This document shows, piece by piece, positions 34,157 to 35,632 of a stretch of DNA of 35,632 nt (position 1 is its first letter; every line of letters starts with the position of its first letter). The position numbers and the translations under genes are program-made. Below the pieces are notes generated by a model. The model saw only the letters and a program-made list of their open reading frames with translations. It searched no databases and was not told the origin of the DNA. This stretch comes from an uncultured Candidatus Saccharibacteria bacterium (GTDB taxonomy: Bacteria > Patescibacteriota > Minisyncoccia > Sungbacterales > SURF-37): contig CAYJUW010000003.1 in assembly GCA_964373495.1 (NCBI GenBank), positions 1 through 35,632 of the forward strand. The letters run 5' to 3'.

Positions 34157-34465
34157 ATGGCCCTGACCAACCCCGCGGTCCCCCCGCGTTTCGAGCAGGA
34201 CCTAATGCGCGGCCATACTGTTGTCCGCTATGCGGACGATAATGGCAGCGAAGGGGTCCTCCTACCCGCCTGGCTTGAGTACCGGCCATTCGTGGTAGGG
34301 CGCGGCGCCGACGGCCAGTACCTCGCTGTACCCCTACAGCGAGTATGCTCGGTCGAGGTCAACGATGAGACTTCACACTGGGATCCATCCCGGTGTGAAA
34401 TGCTCGTCGTTGCCCACTGGCGACGCGCGCCGTGGGGTGAGCTCGTGCGGTTCATACCGCAGTAG
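34157..34465 (+). CDS. Hypothetical protein
   Basis: AAGGAGGTG Shine-Dalgarno, upstream promoter and downstream terminator (about 34491-34525). Confidence 0.6.
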   Translation: MALTNPAVPPRFEQDLMRGHTVVRYADDNGSEGVLLPAWLEYRPFVVGRGADGQYLAVPLQRVCSVEVNDETSHWDPSRCEMLVVAHWRRAPWGELVRFIPQ

Positions 34466-34524
34466 CTCACGCGTGGGCCCGAAACCATTTGCCCCGGCAA
34501 CGAGAGTTGCCGGGCTTTGCTTTT

Positions 34525-34563
34525 TCAGCGTCCAATCAGCGTACCCATCAGCGTTTGATCAGC
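34525..34563. repeat. TCAGCG repeat, half element (copy 4)
   Basis: tcagcgtccaatcagcgtacccatcagcgtttgatcagc. Confidence 0.7.
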
Positions 34564-34635
34564 TTCTACCGCCGAGATCTTGATTCCCCTTGACATTCAA
34601 GGTATCATTGATGGTCATGCCGGCTCCAGAATACA

Positions 34636-34784
34636 CCCCGCACAAGGGCCACAGGCCCTCTGCGGGGCAAGTCAAAATCCGCCCCGTTAGAAGTTTCGGC
34701 ATATCCCACCTTCATAGGAGCATTGCGGAATTTGAATACATATATGAGCCGATCCAATAGCCGGCAAACTTCTAACGGGGCAGG
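34636..34784 (+). mobile_element. Two tandem hairpin+tail elements upstream of uvrA
   Basis: ccccgca...tgcgggg+CAAG (34636-34671) and ccccgttagaagttt...aaacttctaacgggg+CAGG (34682-34784; 15-bp perfect inverted repeat). Confidence 0.7.
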
Positions 34785-34797
34785 CGGGGCTCGCCCC

Positions 34798-35632
34798 ATG
34801 GACGTGATCCGTATTCGCGGAGCCAGAGTCCACAATCTCCAAAACATCAACCTTGATATCCCGAAAGGCAAGCTCGTGGTGATTACCGGCGTGTCCGGCT
34901 CCGGGAAGTCCTCGCTGGCCTTTGACACCATCTACGCCGAGGCCGAGCGGAGGTTTGTGGAGTCGCTCTCAAGCTATGCCCGGCAGTTCTTGGGCGTGCA
35001 GGACAAGCCCGATGTGGATTCCATTGACGGTCTTTCCCCGGCCATTTCCATTGATCAGAAGTCGGTCTCGCGGAACCCGCGTTCAACCGTCGGCACCATC
35101 ACCGAGATCTACGACTACCTTCGGATTTTATTTGCCCGCATCGGTCATCCCCACTGCCCCTCGTGCGGCCAGTCGGTTGGCAAGCAATCCATTGATCGGA
35201 TGGTGGACGAGGTAAAAAAGTTAATTCTCTTGAATAATCCACGAATGAGCCCGAATGACTCTCGAATGACGAAGGCGGATTCGAGAAGGATTCGAGAGGT
35301 TACAGACGATTCGGGAGGGATTCGAGAAATCCTCATTTTGGCTCCGCTCGTTTCGGGCAAGAAGGGCGAGCATAAGGGCATTTTGGAAGAGCTCGGCCGC
35401 GCCGGGTTCCTGCGCGTTCGCTGGGACGGCAAGGTGGTGACCATCGAGGAGGCGCGGGAGCTCGAAGTGGATAAGAAGAAAAAGCACTCCCTCGAGGTTT
35501 TGGTTGACCGCTTCCACGTCGGCAAGGACATTGATCGCGGTCGGATTGCGGACTCCTTGGAGACGGCTCTGAAAATTGGCAAAGGCCGGGTAATTATTGC
35601 TTTCTCGAATCCATCTCGAATGAGCTCGAATA
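34798..35632 (+). CDS. uvrA: Excinuclease ABC subunit A (3' truncated by window), with in-frame repeat insertions
   Basis: Hand translation gives [66 protein letters not shown]. No stop before the window end, so it is absent from the ORF track. Confidence 0.96.
   Translation, partial: MDVIRIRGARVHNLQNINLDIPKGKLVVITGVSGSGKSSLAFDTIYAEAERRFVESLSSYARQFLGVQDKPDVDSIDGLSPAISIDQKSVSRNPRSTVGTITEIYDYLRILFARIGHPHCPSCGQSVGKQSIDRMVDEVKKLILLNNPRMSPNDSRMTKADSRRIREVTDDSGGIREILILAPLVSGKKGEHKGILEELGRAGFLRVRWDGKVVTIEEARELEVDKKKKHSLEVLVDRFHVGKDIDRGRIADSLETALKIGKGRVIIAFSNPSRMSSN

Overview
Bacterial chromosomal segment, most likely Patescibacteria/CPR (Parcubacteria-like). This is inferred from the shortened RF1 and EF-Ts, a PaaX-like/Cas2-fold regulator, a DUF5666-like protein and apparently leaderless genes. 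Content: two toxin-antitoxin-type pairs; sugar metabolism genes (transketolase C-terminal subunit, PfkB kinase, class II Fba, 2-hydroxyacid dehydrogenase, cupin PGI); translation genes (rplY, prfA, rpmE, rpsB, tsf, trpS); mraZ-rsmH-ftsL-like-ftsI-murF; rnj, secG, uvrC and the 5' part of uvrA; and four intact tRNAs (Thr-UGU, Tyr-GUA, Glu-CUC, Leu-CAG). The unusual feature is a dense population of small palindromic elements. One class is a hairpin plus a 4-nt YNRR tail that inserts without target duplication, stacks three deep in frame inside rsmH and interrupts tRNA genes. Every tRNA locus carries a same-isotype partial or split copy, including a complete tRNA-Thr nested inside the anticodon loop of a second, split tRNA-Thr. 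A second class consists of short-period tandem inverted repeats found between genes and in frame within uvrC, uvrA, murF and fba. Two accessory cassettes are bracketed by diverged duplicates of the end of the neighbouring gene. All calls were made by eye; no searches were run.
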